A stretch of DNA of 64,000 nt from Limisphaerales bacterium (GTDB lineage Bacteria > Verrucomicrobiota > Verrucomicrobiia > Limisphaerales > JAJOIW01), in the NCBI GenBank assembly GCA_965657355.1, contig CBFHOE010000006.1, positions 175,217 to 239,216 on the forward strand. Reading direction: 5' to 3'. Positions 41,443-52,237 of this stretch are shown in pieces; position 1 is the stretch's first letter, and each line of letters opens with the position of its first letter. The notes under the pieces are model-generated. The model was not told the origin of the DNA, did no database searches, and saw only the letters and a list, made by a program, of their open reading frames with translations. Made by a program: the position numbers and the translations under genes.

Positions 41443-42146
41443 CGGCACTGTTACCATTAAAGGCTAACTCGGAAAGGGTTAAAGGAAAAAATTTCCGCAA
41501 TTTCGCCGGAAAACCCTTATTCAAATGGATTTTGGAAACACTTCTCAGCATCGAGTGTATAGACAAGATAGTCATCAATACTGATGCTAAAGAGTTGTTA
41601 AACAAAAATGGTATACCATGCCATTCCAAAATTTTAATAAGAAATAGAAAAAAAGAAATCTGCGGGGATCATGTTTCAATGAATAGGATAATAGAGGATG
41701 ACATAACAAATATTGACTCAGAAACATATTTAATGACGCACACAACAAATCCACTTTTATCTCAAAAAACCATTTCTACAGCTATTGAAACTTATAATAA
41801 GGCAAAACAAAACAATTCTGATTCATTATTTACAGTAAACGAATTTCAAACTAGGTTTTACAAAAAAGATGGTGAAGCTGTGAACCACGATCCCAATAAC
41901 TTATTACGAACTCAAGATTTAGAACCTTATTACGAAGAAAATAGTAACCTCTATATATTTAATAAAAACTCTTTCAAAACTACGAATGCACGTATTGGTG
42001 AAAATCCGTATTTATTTGTTACACCTCCCATGGAGTCAATTGATATCGACGATATGGTTGGGTGGACAATGGCAGAAATGGTTGCTTTATCACAATTGCT
42101 TTTTAAATCACAATCAGATTATCACGACACTACGCAAAATGATTAA
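41430..42146 (+). CDS. acylneuraminate cytidylyltransferase family protein
   Basis: PLKANSERVKGKN, THTTNP, RTQDL, EENS, IDID. Confidence 0.9.
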   Translation: MYNLTALLPLKANSERVKGKNFRNFAGKPLFKWILETLLSIECIDKIVINTDAKELLNKNGIPCHSKILIRNRKKEICGDHVSMNRIIEDDITNIDSETYLMTHTTNPLLSQKTISTAIETYNKAKQNNSDSLFTVNEFQTRFYKKDGEAVNHDPNNLLRTQDLEPYYEENSNLYIFNKNSFKTTNARIGENPYLFVTPPMESIDIDDMVGWTMAEMVALSQLLFKSQSDYHDTTQND

Positions 42147-42180
42147 CTAAAATAAAATTTCCTCCCAAAAAACTCTTTTA

Positions 42181-43476
42181 GTGAAAATACCTAATTCAAT
42201 AGTATGGTCAATAAACTTTTTTGGTAAAACTATAGTTCTATTAGGTTTTATATTTTTTATAACAACTAATTTTGATGAAGAAACAACAAATTATTTCATA
42301 TTAAACATAACTATTGTTAATTTAGTTTATTTATTAGACCTTGGATTAACCACATTTTTTATAAAAGAGCTTAACCATCAAAATAATAAGCATAACAGGA
42401 GACAAATACTCCGCGATTTAGATTATATTTATTGCTTACTGGGTGTAATCGGTGTTTTTTTGTATCAAATCATTAAGAGTTTATATTTTGCTCAAAACTC
42501 AAATATATTTGTTCAAATTATAATTAGTGCCTTAATCTTTTTATATTTTAAGAATAAAAGAATAGATGTAGAATTACGATCCAAACAATATTTCTTAAAG
42601 TTATTCGTCACCAGTAATTTAATAGGCTGTACGGCATTAGGGTTTTCATATTTTATAGGTTGGGAAGATATAGAATATTTCATTTTAATTTATACTTCTG
42701 TCTATCCATTAACTTTTTATTTATTAAAAACCTGTTATGCTGAGAAGAAAATTAATGACCTAAAAATTTCAAGCAATAAAATAATTAAAAGTTACCTTAA
42801 TAACTCTTTCAAAATAGGTCTTACAAGTTTGGCAGGGGTAGGTTTAAATTATTACATAATGTTGAAAGTCGGTAAGTTGTTTTCGGGAGTAGAATTACTT
42901 ACCTACTTGTATGGTATTAGGTTGATAAATATGATAAATGAGGCTAGTTGGTCCCCTTTTTACTCCTATTTGCCGAAAGCGATTCAAAATCTGAATAAAA
43001 AGGGAAACACTTTTAGACTTATATTTCGTCTAAATTTGGTTGCATTGTTATTTTGTGTTGGCGGGTTTTTATTGCCCCTAGGTTTAGAAGTAATTTCAAT
43101 AATTGTAGATAAAAATTTATCATCAAATTATTACCTTCTTTATTTATATTTGGTATTTAGGCTAGTAGATAGGATTAATGCTATGAATTATCAAATTCAC
43201 ATAATTTATGGGAAAATCCAATTTTTCCAGGTTCAATTTGGGTGTGTTGTAATATCTTTAATAATTGCAGAAACTCTAAATTACCTTTTTCCAAATTTAT
43301 ATCATAGTTTATTTTATTCATTAATTTTTAGTGCAACAGTTTTACTTATAATTTCCACCTTACTACTCGTAAAATATACAAACAAACCAGGTATTTACGT
43401 TAATCACATAATTTTAACTATACTTGCTTTGCTTCTACATTACATAAGCTATTTATGCCCTTTGAATTTGATATAA
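42181..43476 (+). CDS. multi-TM membrane protein, probable Wzx flippase
   Basis: about 12 hydrophobic segments, LLDLGL motif near the N-terminus, polysaccharide context. Confidence 0.65.
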   Translation: MKIPNSIVWSINFFGKTIVLLGFIFFITTNFDEETTNYFILNITIVNLVYLLDLGLTTFFIKELNHQNNKHNRRQILRDLDYIYCLLGVIGVFLYQIIKSLYFAQNSNIFVQIIISALIFLYFKNKRIDVELRSKQYFLKLFVTSNLIGCTALGFSYFIGWEDIEYFILIYTSVYPLTFYLLKTCYAEKKINDLKISSNKIIKSYLNNSFKIGLTSLAGVGLNYYIMLKVGKLFSGVELLTYLYGIRLINMINEASWSPFYSYLPKAIQNLNKKGNTFRLIFRLNLVALLFCVGGFLLPLGLEVISIIVDKNLSSNYYLLYLYLVFRLVDRINAMNYQIHIIYGKIQFFQVQFGCVVISLIIAETLNYLFPNLYHSLFYSLIFSATVLLIISTLLLVKYTNKPGIYVNHIILTILALLLHYISYLCPLNLI

Positions 43477-44288
43477 TACAAAGTGTCTATATAAACGATA
43501 ATTTGGAACACCTTATTGACTCAATACAATCAGTGCTCAATAACACCATATTACCGAAAAATTACATAATAGTTGCCGATGGGCGAATTTCGGATGAAAT
43601 AGACAACTATTTAAAAGACTTGATTAATACACATCAATTAAATCCGAAATTCATTGTGACCCGATTACAAGATAACCAAGGACTAGCTTGTGCCATGAAT
43701 TGTGCCATTGAGCTAACAAATAGCGACCTTGTTGCTAGGATGGATTCGGATGACGTGTGCTTGCCAACTCGATTTGAGAACCAACTTTTTGAATTTGAAA
43801 ATAAAACCTCCTTATCCCTTTGTGGAATGTTTTACGATCAATACGATTATGAAATGAAAATAAAGGTCGGAACGCGAAGCGTGCCCACTACAGACAAACA
43901 AGTTAAAGAAACAATTTTTTTAAAGAATCCTATTAATCATCCAACTCTTATGATGCGACGCCGCGATCTACTCAATATTGGTGGTTATGATACTGATTGT
44001 CTTTTTTTCGAAGACTGGATGTTAGTATTCAAATTTTGGAAGTCTGACCTAAAAATTAAAAATATACCTTTTGTCGGATTGAAGGTTCGTGGTGGATTAG
44101 ATTTTTACAAACGGAGAAAAGGGTACGAATATTGGCGTCATGAAATAAAATTCTTTAAGAAATTATTTCATAAGAATTATATAAAACGACACACTCTTCT
44201 TTTTAATATAGGCTTAAGATTTGTGTTGAGGGTAATATTAGGTAGATACATTAGTTATTTTTACAACTTTTTCGTAAGGCAAAAATGA
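43455..44288 (+). CDS. glycosyltransferase family 2 (AmsE-like)
   Basis: VADG, NQGLA, ARMDSDD, NHPT, FEDW. Confidence 0.9.
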   Translation: MPFEFDIIQSVYINDNLEHLIDSIQSVLNNTILPKNYIIVADGRISDEIDNYLKDLINTHQLNPKFIVTRLQDNQGLACAMNCAIELTNSDLVARMDSDDVCLPTRFENQLFEFENKTSLSLCGMFYDQYDYEMKIKVGTRSVPTTDKQVKETIFLKNPINHPTLMMRRRDLLNIGGYDTDCLFFEDWMLVFKFWKSDLKIKNIPFVGLKVRGGLDFYKRRKGYEYWRHEIKFFKKLFHKNYIKRHTLLFNIGLRFVLRVILGRYISYFYNFFVRQK

Positions 44289-45028
44289 AAATTTTAAAAA
44301 AAGCTATTTGCATAACCTCCGCGTATATTTTCAAACTTATCTGGCATTTTCATTGTAGATTTAATAATAAATCTAAAAGCTGTTTAGTATTCACTGATTC
44401 ACGGGGTTTTTATATTAATGGAATTTTGAATTACAAAAATCCATTTAGGTCGTACATAAATAATGAACTAAAATATAAATTTAAATACAATTTTTGCCCC
44501 CAAAAATCAACAACTTTAATAGACTTTTTATACTCCACAAGAAATTTTAATAAAAATGTTCCGGTTATACTGCATTGCGGAATCGTAGATTTTTCTCCGC
44601 GTAATAAAAAACATACTTATAAAATTCTTAAACGACTAAATAATTTAGCCGAAAAACTAAATCTTCCCGTTTTAGAGTCAAATCCACTTGGGGGATCTTA
44701 TTGTAATGAACTAACGTATAATTTGTATACAATCGATTACTTAAAAAATCACATTATCCATCGCTTGTTAGAGTATAAAAACCTAATCTACATCGGAATA
44801 AACCCGGTAATTTTGGATTGGCGAGGTAATTATTTTAGAGATCGCCCTGATAATATTAATATCATTCTAAAATATAATGAAGTTTTAGTTTCTATGCTTA
44901 GTAGTATTGACATTTCGAAATGGGATGAAAAACAAATAAAGGATTTAACCGTCGATAATATCCATCTATCTGCAAACGGAATGAATTACTTGAAAAGAGA
45001 AGTTAAAAACAAATTAAATAGTCTATGA
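44285..45028 (+). CDS. SGNH/GDSL-like hydrolase or acyltransferase
   Basis: FTDSRG (block I-like), GIVD, DNIHL (DxxH). Confidence 0.6.
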   Translation: MKILKKAICITSAYIFKLIWHFHCRFNNKSKSCLVFTDSRGFYINGILNYKNPFRSYINNELKYKFKYNFCPQKSTTLIDFLYSTRNFNKNVPVILHCGIVDFSPRNKKHTYKILKRLNNLAEKLNLPVLESNPLGGSYCNELTYNLYTIDYLKNHIIHRLLEYKNLIYIGINPVILDWRGNYFRDRPDNINIILKYNEVLVSMLSSIDISKWDEKQIKDLTVDNIHLSANGMNYLKREVKNKLNSL

Positions 45029-46263
45029 GTTTTCTAAATTTAAGTAATTTAAAAGTAATATACTGTTTATTGCCATTTGTTTACTATTACAACAAAGTTA
45101 ACAGTAGCCTCCTTTCTAAAATCCTAATTATTTTCATTTATTTACTTATTTGTTTTGATATTTTTGCAAAATTAGGAAATTTCAAGCAATTAAAGACGTG
45201 GTCCCATGTGGTATATTCTGTCTTCTTTTCATATGTATCATACTTATGTGTAAAGGGCTTTAAAAATGACTTTTTATCGACGACCGACACAATAACTTAT
45301 TTTCTAAGTTATATGGTTGTTTTAGCAAGCATTTATATCAATAGTCAAAAGAATAACACAATTGAACAAATTAGAAATTACTACATATATGGGTTGTCTG
45401 GATTGATCCTCATTAACTGGTTTTTATTTCTTTTCGGCATTTATAATTTAAACACTGTAGTAAATGGTGGTAAACTTGGGAACGCCGAAGTTTTAAGTTT
45501 TTATGGATATAATCTGCAGAGAACGCTATTTTATTTCTCGGGTGGCTTTAGCTCCTATTCTATTTTGTGTGCAATAGTGTTGCTATTTTTTTTATGCAAA
45601 TTAAAAAGTCACAAACAATTAAATATATATGAGTTAATAGTAGTTGGAATTTCTTCATCCAGTATTTTACTAAGCGACTCAAGAAATGGGATTATTTCGG
45701 TATTTTGTTGTTGTATTATCATATTTTATAAACAATTAGGCAATATAATTATTATAAGTTCACCGTTTTCTGTTTTTATATTGTTATTTATAGATAATTC
45801 CATTAAATATGGTTCAAACTTTCTTTTTAATACTGCTCGCAGTGAAAGTATTTTAAGTGGTAGGGAATCAATATGGCTAAATTCCATGGAGTTCGTTCAA
45901 CAAAATGTCGAGATGTTCATAGTTGGAAATGGACTATATGGGCAGGCCGCATCAGGTTTATCAATGGCTTCTTATGCACATGGATTCTCTGATTGGAATA
46001 CTGATAGGCCCGAATGGGCATCCCTGCATAACAATTTTTTTCAATTTCTTACTGACATTGGAATTGTTGGTGCAATAATAATTTATATTTTATTATTAAA
46101 ATTCGCATTGAATAAGCGTAATAATTTAGTCTCAGTTGTGCTAATGTCTGTAATTATAATAGGAGGATTCGTTGACGTTACAGTCGGGTTATATGACTTT
46201 GTCCTATTTATTACTTTTTTTTTATTGCTTATGAACAATTATTTATACAAAAGTGCTGAATAA
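45025..46263 (+). CDS. O-antigen polymerase/ligase family protein (Wzy-like)
   Basis: many TM helices, SDSRNG, SGRESIW, GNG, HNNFFQ...GIVG. Confidence 0.8.
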   Translation: MSFLNLSNLKVIYCLLPFVYYYNKVNSSLLSKILIIFIYLLICFDIFAKLGNFKQLKTWSHVVYSVFFSYVSYLCVKGFKNDFLSTTDTITYFLSYMVVLASIYINSQKNNTIEQIRNYYIYGLSGLILINWFLFLFGIYNLNTVVNGGKLGNAEVLSFYGYNLQRTLFYFSGGFSSYSILCAIVLLFFLCKLKSHKQLNIYELIVVGISSSSILLSDSRNGIISVFCCCIIIFYKQLGNIIIISSPFSVFILLFIDNSIKYGSNFLFNTARSESILSGRESIWLNSMEFVQQNVEMFIVGNGLYGQAASGLSMASYAHGFSDWNTDRPEWASLHNNFFQFLTDIGIVGAIIIYILLLKFALNKRNNLVSVVLMSVIIIGGFVDVTVGLYDFVLFITFFLLLMNNYLYKSAE

Positions 46264-47068
46264 GCTACATTTAACATTTTATAGTGTAATTTTTCTATAT
46301 TTTCAAATCCACGGAATTATACTCTTCCGTAATTATAATGATGTATGGCTCCAGTATGTTGTGTGTGGATTTATCATCAGTTTGGTTTACAATTCGGAAA
46401 GTCGGCTTGAAAAAATCTTGAATTACTTTTTAGAAAAGGCATACATATTTGTTTTTCCTTTAACGATCTTGGGTTTCTTTTATTTTTCATATTTTGGAAT
46501 AACAAAAATTTCTGTTTTTTTAATTACATTAACCAGTATTTTATGTTGTAAATTGTTATTAAGTAATTCTAAATATTACTATGCTCCTTTAACAATTATA
46601 GCGCTATCCATTTTAATATATCCTGATATTATTAGTGTCACGACAATTGCAGTACTTAAAAATGTCGTGGTTTATTTAGTCACTGAGTGTTGTTTAACAC
46701 TTGGTGTGCCAATTAAAGTAATTGGCGTTAAAATTATAAACAGTGGATACATTTTATCGGTGGATGATACATGTTCGGGTTACACCTCCTTCACTACAGC
46801 AATTAATTTTGTAATACTCTTTACCGTTCTATTTAACTTTAAATTAAGTTCAACGCTTTTATACTTCAGTCTTTGCATGCCTTTAATAATTTTATCCAAT
46901 GTCGCTCGAATCGTTATTATAATCAACAGAACTTTGGTAGATAAAGCTTTGAACATTCAAAAATTCCATGATGATACTGGGGTTATGATGATGGTTCTTA
47001 ATCTAACGGTAATCGCTACACTAGGATATTTTTTAAATAAATACGTAAATGAAAAATCTCATTGTTAA
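46253..47068 (+). CDS. exosortase/archaeosortase family protein
   Basis: multi-TM with VDDTCSG, NVARI, FHD (Cys-Arg-His). Confidence 0.8.
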   Translation: MLNKLHLTFYSVIFLYFQIHGIILFRNYNDVWLQYVVCGFIISLVYNSESRLEKILNYFLEKAYIFVFPLTILGFFYFSYFGITKISVFLITLTSILCCKLLLSNSKYYYAPLTIIALSILIYPDIISVTTIAVLKNVVVYLVTECCLTLGVPIKVIGVKIINSGYILSVDDTCSGYTSFTTAINFVILFTVLFNFKLSSTLLYFSLCMPLIILSNVARIVIIINRTLVDKALNIQKFHDDTGVMMMVLNLTVIATLGYFLNKYVNEKSHC

Positions 47069-47876
47069 ATGTCTCCGAGCTTTAATAAACAACAAGGTTA
47101 TTAATTCAGCTATCTTAGACAAAAAACTGTTTACTGAAAAGCAAATGAAAATATACGAACTTCGTAATGCTTTTTATGATAAAAGGTGTATTATAATTGG
47201 CAATGGGCCAAGTTTAAATAAGTGTGATCTTTCTTTTATACAAAAGGAGTATTCCTTTGGGGTTAATGGAATTTTTTACAAAACGGATGAATCACAATTT
47301 AAACCCACTTTCTACACTGTAGAGGACAGCCATGTAATGAAAGAAAATGTCCAACGTATCAGAGACTACGAGGTGAGTTACAAATTTTTTCCCACAAATT
47401 ACGCTAAATACTTTAAAAATGAAAATCAGAAAAATTTATATTTTTTCAACATGAATCGGGGTTTTTACGAACCTAGTAGCAAGCATTACGAAGAACCTTT
47501 AATAAGTTCTGATTGCAGTGAGATTATTTATTGCGGTCAATCAGTTACAATTATTAATATACAAATGGCTTTGTATTTAGGTTTCAAGGAAATTTATCTT
47601 ATAGGCATGGACTTTAACTATGAAATTCCAGATTCCGCAATTGTAAAAAATCAAGACATTACCTCAACCGAAGATGACGTAAATCATTTCCACCCCGATT
47701 ATTTTGGGAAAGGCAAAAGTTGGCACGACCCAAAATTGCATAATGTTTTAAAGTCATACGAACATTTGCATGAACATGGAAAAAAATCTGGTGTGTCAAT
47801 TTATAATGCCACAGTGGGTGGCAAATTAGAAGTATTTCCAAGAGTTGATTATAATGAAACGTTCTCCTCTTCTTAG
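47049..47876 (+). CDS. DUF115/MAF-like (sialyltransferase-like) glycosyltransferase
   Basis: IIGNGPSL, LGFKEIYLIGMD, NHFHPDY, IYNAT. Confidence 0.75.
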   Translation: MKNLIVKCLRALINNKVINSAILDKKLFTEKQMKIYELRNAFYDKRCIIIGNGPSLNKCDLSFIQKEYSFGVNGIFYKTDESQFKPTFYTVEDSHVMKENVQRIRDYEVSYKFFPTNYAKYFKNENQKNLYFFNMNRGFYEPSSKHYEEPLISSDCSEIIYCGQSVTIINIQMALYLGFKEIYLIGMDFNYEIPDSAIVKNQDITSTEDDVNHFHPDYFGKGKSWHDPKLHNVLKSYEHLHEHGKKSGVSIYNATVGGKLEVFPRVDYNETFSSS

Positions 47877-48702
47877 TTGTATAATAACCACACGTGATAA
47901 AATTGAGTTAATTTATGAATTTTTACGTGTTATTGATCTTGAAATAAACAAAGATCTTATTCAGGTTATAATTGTCCTTCAGGGAGATTTAGAGCCTGAT
48001 TTTGAATCTTTTAAATATTTAGATTTAGTTACTATAAAAACCGGTCACCTGTCTTTGAGCCAAGCAAGAAACAAGGGACTGGCCTATGCATGTGGAAAAT
48101 ATTTATCTTTTCCGGATGATGATTGTGTTTATGATAGATTATTAATTAACAAATTAATTTATTTAGATCAAATCTATAAAAAAACTTCATTTGTTGGGGG
48201 ACTTTATATTGATGGATGTCGGCAGCATGATTTTAGTATCGCTAACTATAAAGACCTGAAGGCTTTAAAAAAAATTGATTACATCGATCAAATAACAAGT
48301 GTCACTTTGTTCATCAACAAAGAAGTTATGTGCCCATTTGATGAAGAATTTGGACTAGGCGGTACTTACCCCTCCTGTGAGGAATTTATATTAACGCAAC
48401 ACCTAATAGACAAAAACCATCCTATTCGGCAATCACGGGAATTGAAAGTTTTTCATCCTTACACTCACTATAGCGATGGTCGTATCATAAAAAGCAGCTA
48501 TGGGCATGGGGCGTTCATTGCCCAATCGGTTAAAAATTATGGTCTTTTCAATCCAATAACTTTTTGCGCTATATGGAGTCTCTTTTTAAGGAACATTTTT
48601 GCTATTTTTCTTCTTAAGTTTGGTAGGATAGGTATATATAAAAGGTGGTTGTTTTTAAAATATAGAATCTTGGGTTTTTACCATTATGTTAAAAACATTT
48701 AA
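47845..48702 (+). CDS. glycosyltransferase family 2
   Basis: LSQARNKGL, FPDDD, FDEEFGLG. Confidence 0.85.
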   Translation: MIIMKRSPLLSCIITTRDKIELIYEFLRVIDLEINKDLIQVIIVLQGDLEPDFESFKYLDLVTIKTGHLSLSQARNKGLAYACGKYLSFPDDDCVYDRLLINKLIYLDQIYKKTSFVGGLYIDGCRQHDFSIANYKDLKALKKIDYIDQITSVTLFINKEVMCPFDEEFGLGGTYPSCEEFILTQHLIDKNHPIRQSRELKVFHPYTHYSDGRIIKSSYGHGAFIAQSVKNYGLFNPITFCAIWSLFLRNIFAIFLLKFGRIGIYKRWLFLKYRILGFYHYVKNI

Positions 48703-49360
48703 AGTTTTCCTTTTTTTTAATTCGTTTGCAATTGTGATTACTTTTATTTTTTCACAATTCATAAATTTTTCCCCTTCTAACACGAATTTGGAACTATATG
48801 AATCACTTGTTTCTAATGTTAATAGCAGTAAAGATTTATTTTTAAGTGCCGGTGAGATTCGAATACTGAACCCGAGCAAATTTAAGTACTTCGAAGGCCA
48901 TACATCAAACAATCATAACATACATAATATATTAATAATTCATTGGTCCCAAAAAAACTCAATTGGGAATCAATTCTTGACGCATACCCCTGATGTTTGT
49001 CTGATAGACTCTGGTTGGAATTACGCAAGGAGTATTTCAAATAATTTTAAGTCCTTAAAAGCAAACATATATACTGACCCAATTAACAATGAGGAGTACA
49101 TTGTGGCGTGGATAACTGTCGTCGGTAAGACAAAACTAACATTGCAAAATTCTAATAGTATTCTTAAAGATCGCATGTATAAGTTAAGTGAAAAACTATC
49201 TCGTCTGAAAGGGCTGTTGGGGCTAATTATTAACGGTGAAAACGTAAAAGACAGTGAAAAAATTTATTTTAGAATAATTACAAGAAACAATACGGATTTT
49301 TTGGTCGATCTGAAATATTTCGATGAAGCTTTTAATAAGTTTTTGTCAAAAAATAAATGA
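48686..49360 (+). CDS. EpsI-like exosortase-associated protein (AT-rich copy)
   Basis: N-terminal TM, HTPDVCL..SGW motif. Confidence 0.65.
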   Translation: MLKTFKVFLFFNSFAIVITFIFSQFINFSPSNTNLELYESLVSNVNSSKDLFLSAGEIRILNPSKFKYFEGHTSNNHNIHNILIIHWSQKNSIGNQFLTHTPDVCLIDSGWNYARSISNNFKSLKANIYTDPINNEEYIVAWITVVGKTKLTLQNSNSILKDRMYKLSEKLSRLKGLLGLIINGENVKDSEKIYFRIITRNNTDFLVDLKYFDEAFNKFLSKNK

Positions 49361-49581
49361 AATGCATACGAAATTGTTTTTTGAAAGTATTATATGGATT
49401 ATAAATAAATCTAAAGGTGAAATTTGGTAGCATGGAAAGTTATAACTGGATTTACTGAAAAATGTATCTCCCGATCCGAAAATAGGAAAAAGTATCGTTA
49501 TTTTTTATTACATTATTTGCATTATTGCGAGAAGTTATCAGTATTTGGTTCTCAGGTCACTAGATGTAATAGAATTAAAGT

Positions 49582-50994
49582 ATGTATTATGGAAAAAATT
49601 TAGATAAGATGTATTCAATAAGCCAAGTACAAAGTAATATACGTAGAGATCAATTTCAAAAATTACTAATCTATTTTTTAGTATTAGGGGACATTTTGTT
49701 TTTATTTATTTCGCTATCTTTAGCCTACCTTTTACGATATCACATTGATTATGGTTTTCTCCAGTATTTAAAACCCTTCAATTCCCATGAGGTATTTATG
49801 TCCCAGATCATATTGGGTGTCTCTCTCTTCTTAATTTTGGCAATGAAAGAAAATTTTTATTTGAAGGAAAACTTTGTTGATTGGGATAGGCAATATTATG
49901 TTCTTATAAGAATAATTTTCTACTGGATTATTATTTATCTTTGTATAAGTTTTTCATTCAGAATACATCCACCTATATCCCGGGTCTACCTTATTTATGG
50001 CACCTGCATTTCGTTTATAAGCCTCTTTATTTATCGCGTAGTATTTAAAAAATTTATATTAGAAAAATTTGCTAACTCCATCAAGTATAATGTGGCTATA
50101 TATTTAGATGACAAAGAATCCATTCAATCGATATCCGAAAACCTATCCCAAAATAATGTATTTAATGTTGTATTTATTGAGAATACTAATTCAATTAATA
50201 AAACTTGTTTTGAGAAGAATTTAATCGAAAACAAAGTCGACATCGCTATAACAAAAATGAGTTTATTAAACCAGGATGTTTACCTTAGTGCCCGGAAACT
50301 CTTCATTGATCTGTATTTTGAAAATGAAATTTCCACACTGTTTAAAATTAAATTAGACAATATCAACGTTTCAAAAAATTTGTTACTGCGCATCAAAGAA
50401 TCTCCCTTAGGCTCATACCATAATTTATTGCTAAAAAGGTGCATCGACCTCATCGGTTCTGTTATCGGTCTGTTTATTTCTTTGCCAGTTTCATTGGTCG
50501 TTGCAACCTTAATATATCTTGAAGACAAAGGTCCTGTTATTTTCAAACAAGAAAGAATTGGCAAAAATGGCAAACCTTTCTATATGTACAAATTTCGAAG
50601 TATGAAACTGGGAAGTGAGAAAATGGATAATAATTCTCAGTCAACCCTTAGAAATGATACTCGTTTATTAAAAATTGGTGAACTAATTAGGAAATATAAT
50701 ATAGACGAAATCCCTCAGTTTTTTAATGTTTTTACTGGTAACATGAGTTTAGTAGGGCCACGACCAGAACGCACTTTCCACTCAGCGCAACTTTCTGATT
50801 CAATTCGGGAGTATAATGCTAGATATTTGGTAAAGCCTGGAATGAGTGGTCTTGCGCAAATAAATGGATTCAGGGGAAACACCGATCTTCAAGAGCGGAT
50901 CAAATATGATCTGGTATATCAACAAAACTGGAATTTACTCCTAGATTTTTACATAATGATTAAAACTTTGCTGGGAAATAAAAACGCCTATTAA
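49582..50994 (+). CDS. undecaprenyl-phosphate sugar phosphotransferase (WcaJ-like priming transferase)
   Basis: N-terminal TMs, KRCIDL, YKFRSM, IDEIPQ, MSLVGPRPE, KPGMSGLAQ. Confidence 0.92.
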   Translation: MYYGKNLDKMYSISQVQSNIRRDQFQKLLIYFLVLGDILFLFISLSLAYLLRYHIDYGFLQYLKPFNSHEVFMSQIILGVSLFLILAMKENFYLKENFVDWDRQYYVLIRIIFYWIIIYLCISFSFRIHPPISRVYLIYGTCISFISLFIYRVVFKKFILEKFANSIKYNVAIYLDDKESIQSISENLSQNNVFNVVFIENTNSINKTCFEKNLIENKVDIAITKMSLLNQDVYLSARKLFIDLYFENEISTLFKIKLDNINVSKNLLLRIKESPLGSYHNLLLKRCIDLIGSVIGLFISLPVSLVVATLIYLEDKGPVIFKQERIGKNGKPFYMYKFRSMKLGSEKMDNNSQSTLRNDTRLLKIGELIRKYNIDEIPQFFNVFTGNMSLVGPRPERTFHSAQLSDSIREYNARYLVKPGMSGLAQINGFRGNTDLQERIKYDLVYQQNWNLLLDFYIMIKTLLGNKNAY

Positions 50995-51211
50995 GCAACG
51001 GCGCACTTTCAAAAATTAAATATTTTATTTAATTGCATAATTGTCTTGATTAAGTAAACAGCCCATTTTGTATTACATAAATTTGAAAATTTGTTGTTTG
51101 TAATTCAAGTCTCTCTTGAGTTGTTAAGGGTTTAAAGATTTTGTTTTTAAATATTAAATTGTATTGAAGTAAAACCTTACAAGGATTTTTGTGAAAATAC
51201 CGGGAGTAAGT

Positions 51212-52237
51212 ATGCAAATTATAGTGTCAGGTGGGGCAGGATTTATAGGCTCCAATTTAGTTCGTTATCTTGTAAATGATATCGGGGCCGAGGTGTGTAA
51301 TATTGATAAGCTGACTTATGCTGGCAATAAGCATTCGCTTTCTGATCTTAATAATTCGGACCAACATCGACTTGTTGTATTGGATATATGTTCGACTCCC
51401 AAAGTCTCTTCAGTTTTCTCTGAATTCCAACCTGATTATGTGATGCATTTGGCAGCTGAGTCACACGTGGACCGTTCGATTGATGGGCCTTGTGAATTTA
51501 TTCAAACAAATGTCGTTGGAACTTACTCAATGCTTCAAGCAGCCCGTGGGTATTATGAAAATTTAGAGGGCGAGAAAAAATCCAACTTTCGATTTTTACA
51601 TGTATCCACCGATGAAGTTTATGGAAGCTTAGGTGATACGGGCGTCTTTAAAGAAACGACTCCATATAGCCCTCGCTCTCCTTATTCTGCATCTAAAGCA
51701 TCTTCTGATCATCTGGTAAGAGCCTGGGGTGAGACATTCAAGCTCCCTGTGATTGTCACAAATTGTTCCAATAATTATGGGCCATTTCAATTTCCCGAAA
51801 AACTTATACCCGTCGTCATACATAAGGCAATTGCTGGTGAACCCATCCCTGTCTATGGCAAAGGGCAAAATGTGAGGGATTGGCTCTATGTACAAGATCA
51901 TTGCACAGCTTTATATTCAGTTCTGACAAAAGGTAAATTGGGTGAGACATATAATATCGGTGGAGAGAATGAGAGGAGAAATATTGATTTGGTCAATGAC
52001 ATTTGCACATGTCTTGATGAGCTATCTCCCAGAAAAGATGGAAAAAGTTATTCGGAGCAAATCACTTTTGTTACCGACAGACCTGGCCATGATTTTCGCT
52101 ATGCCATGGATATTTCAAAGATTTCATCAGAATTGGGCTGGACTCCAAAAGAGGATTCCGTTTCGGGTTTGAGGAAAACTATAGAGTGGTATTTGGATAA
52201 TGAACAATGGGTCAGGCTTTGTTTAGAAAAAGTCTGA
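51212..52237 (+). CDS. rfbB: dTDP-glucose 4,6-dehydratase
   Basis: [43 protein letters not shown]. Confidence 0.96.
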   Translation: MQIIVSGGAGFIGSNLVRYLVNDIGAEVCNIDKLTYAGNKHSLSDLNNSDQHRLVVLDICSTPKVSSVFSEFQPDYVMHLAAESHVDRSIDGPCEFIQTNVVGTYSMLQAARGYYENLEGEKKSNFRFLHVSTDEVYGSLGDTGVFKETTPYSPRSPYSASKASSDHLVRAWGETFKLPVIVTNCSNNYGPFQFPEKLIPVVIHKAIAGEPIPVYGKGQNVRDWLYVQDHCTALYSVLTKGKLGETYNIGGENERRNIDLVNDICTCLDELSPRKDGKSYSEQITFVTDRPGHDFRYAMDISKISSELGWTPKEDSVSGLRKTIEWYLDNEQWVRLCLEKV

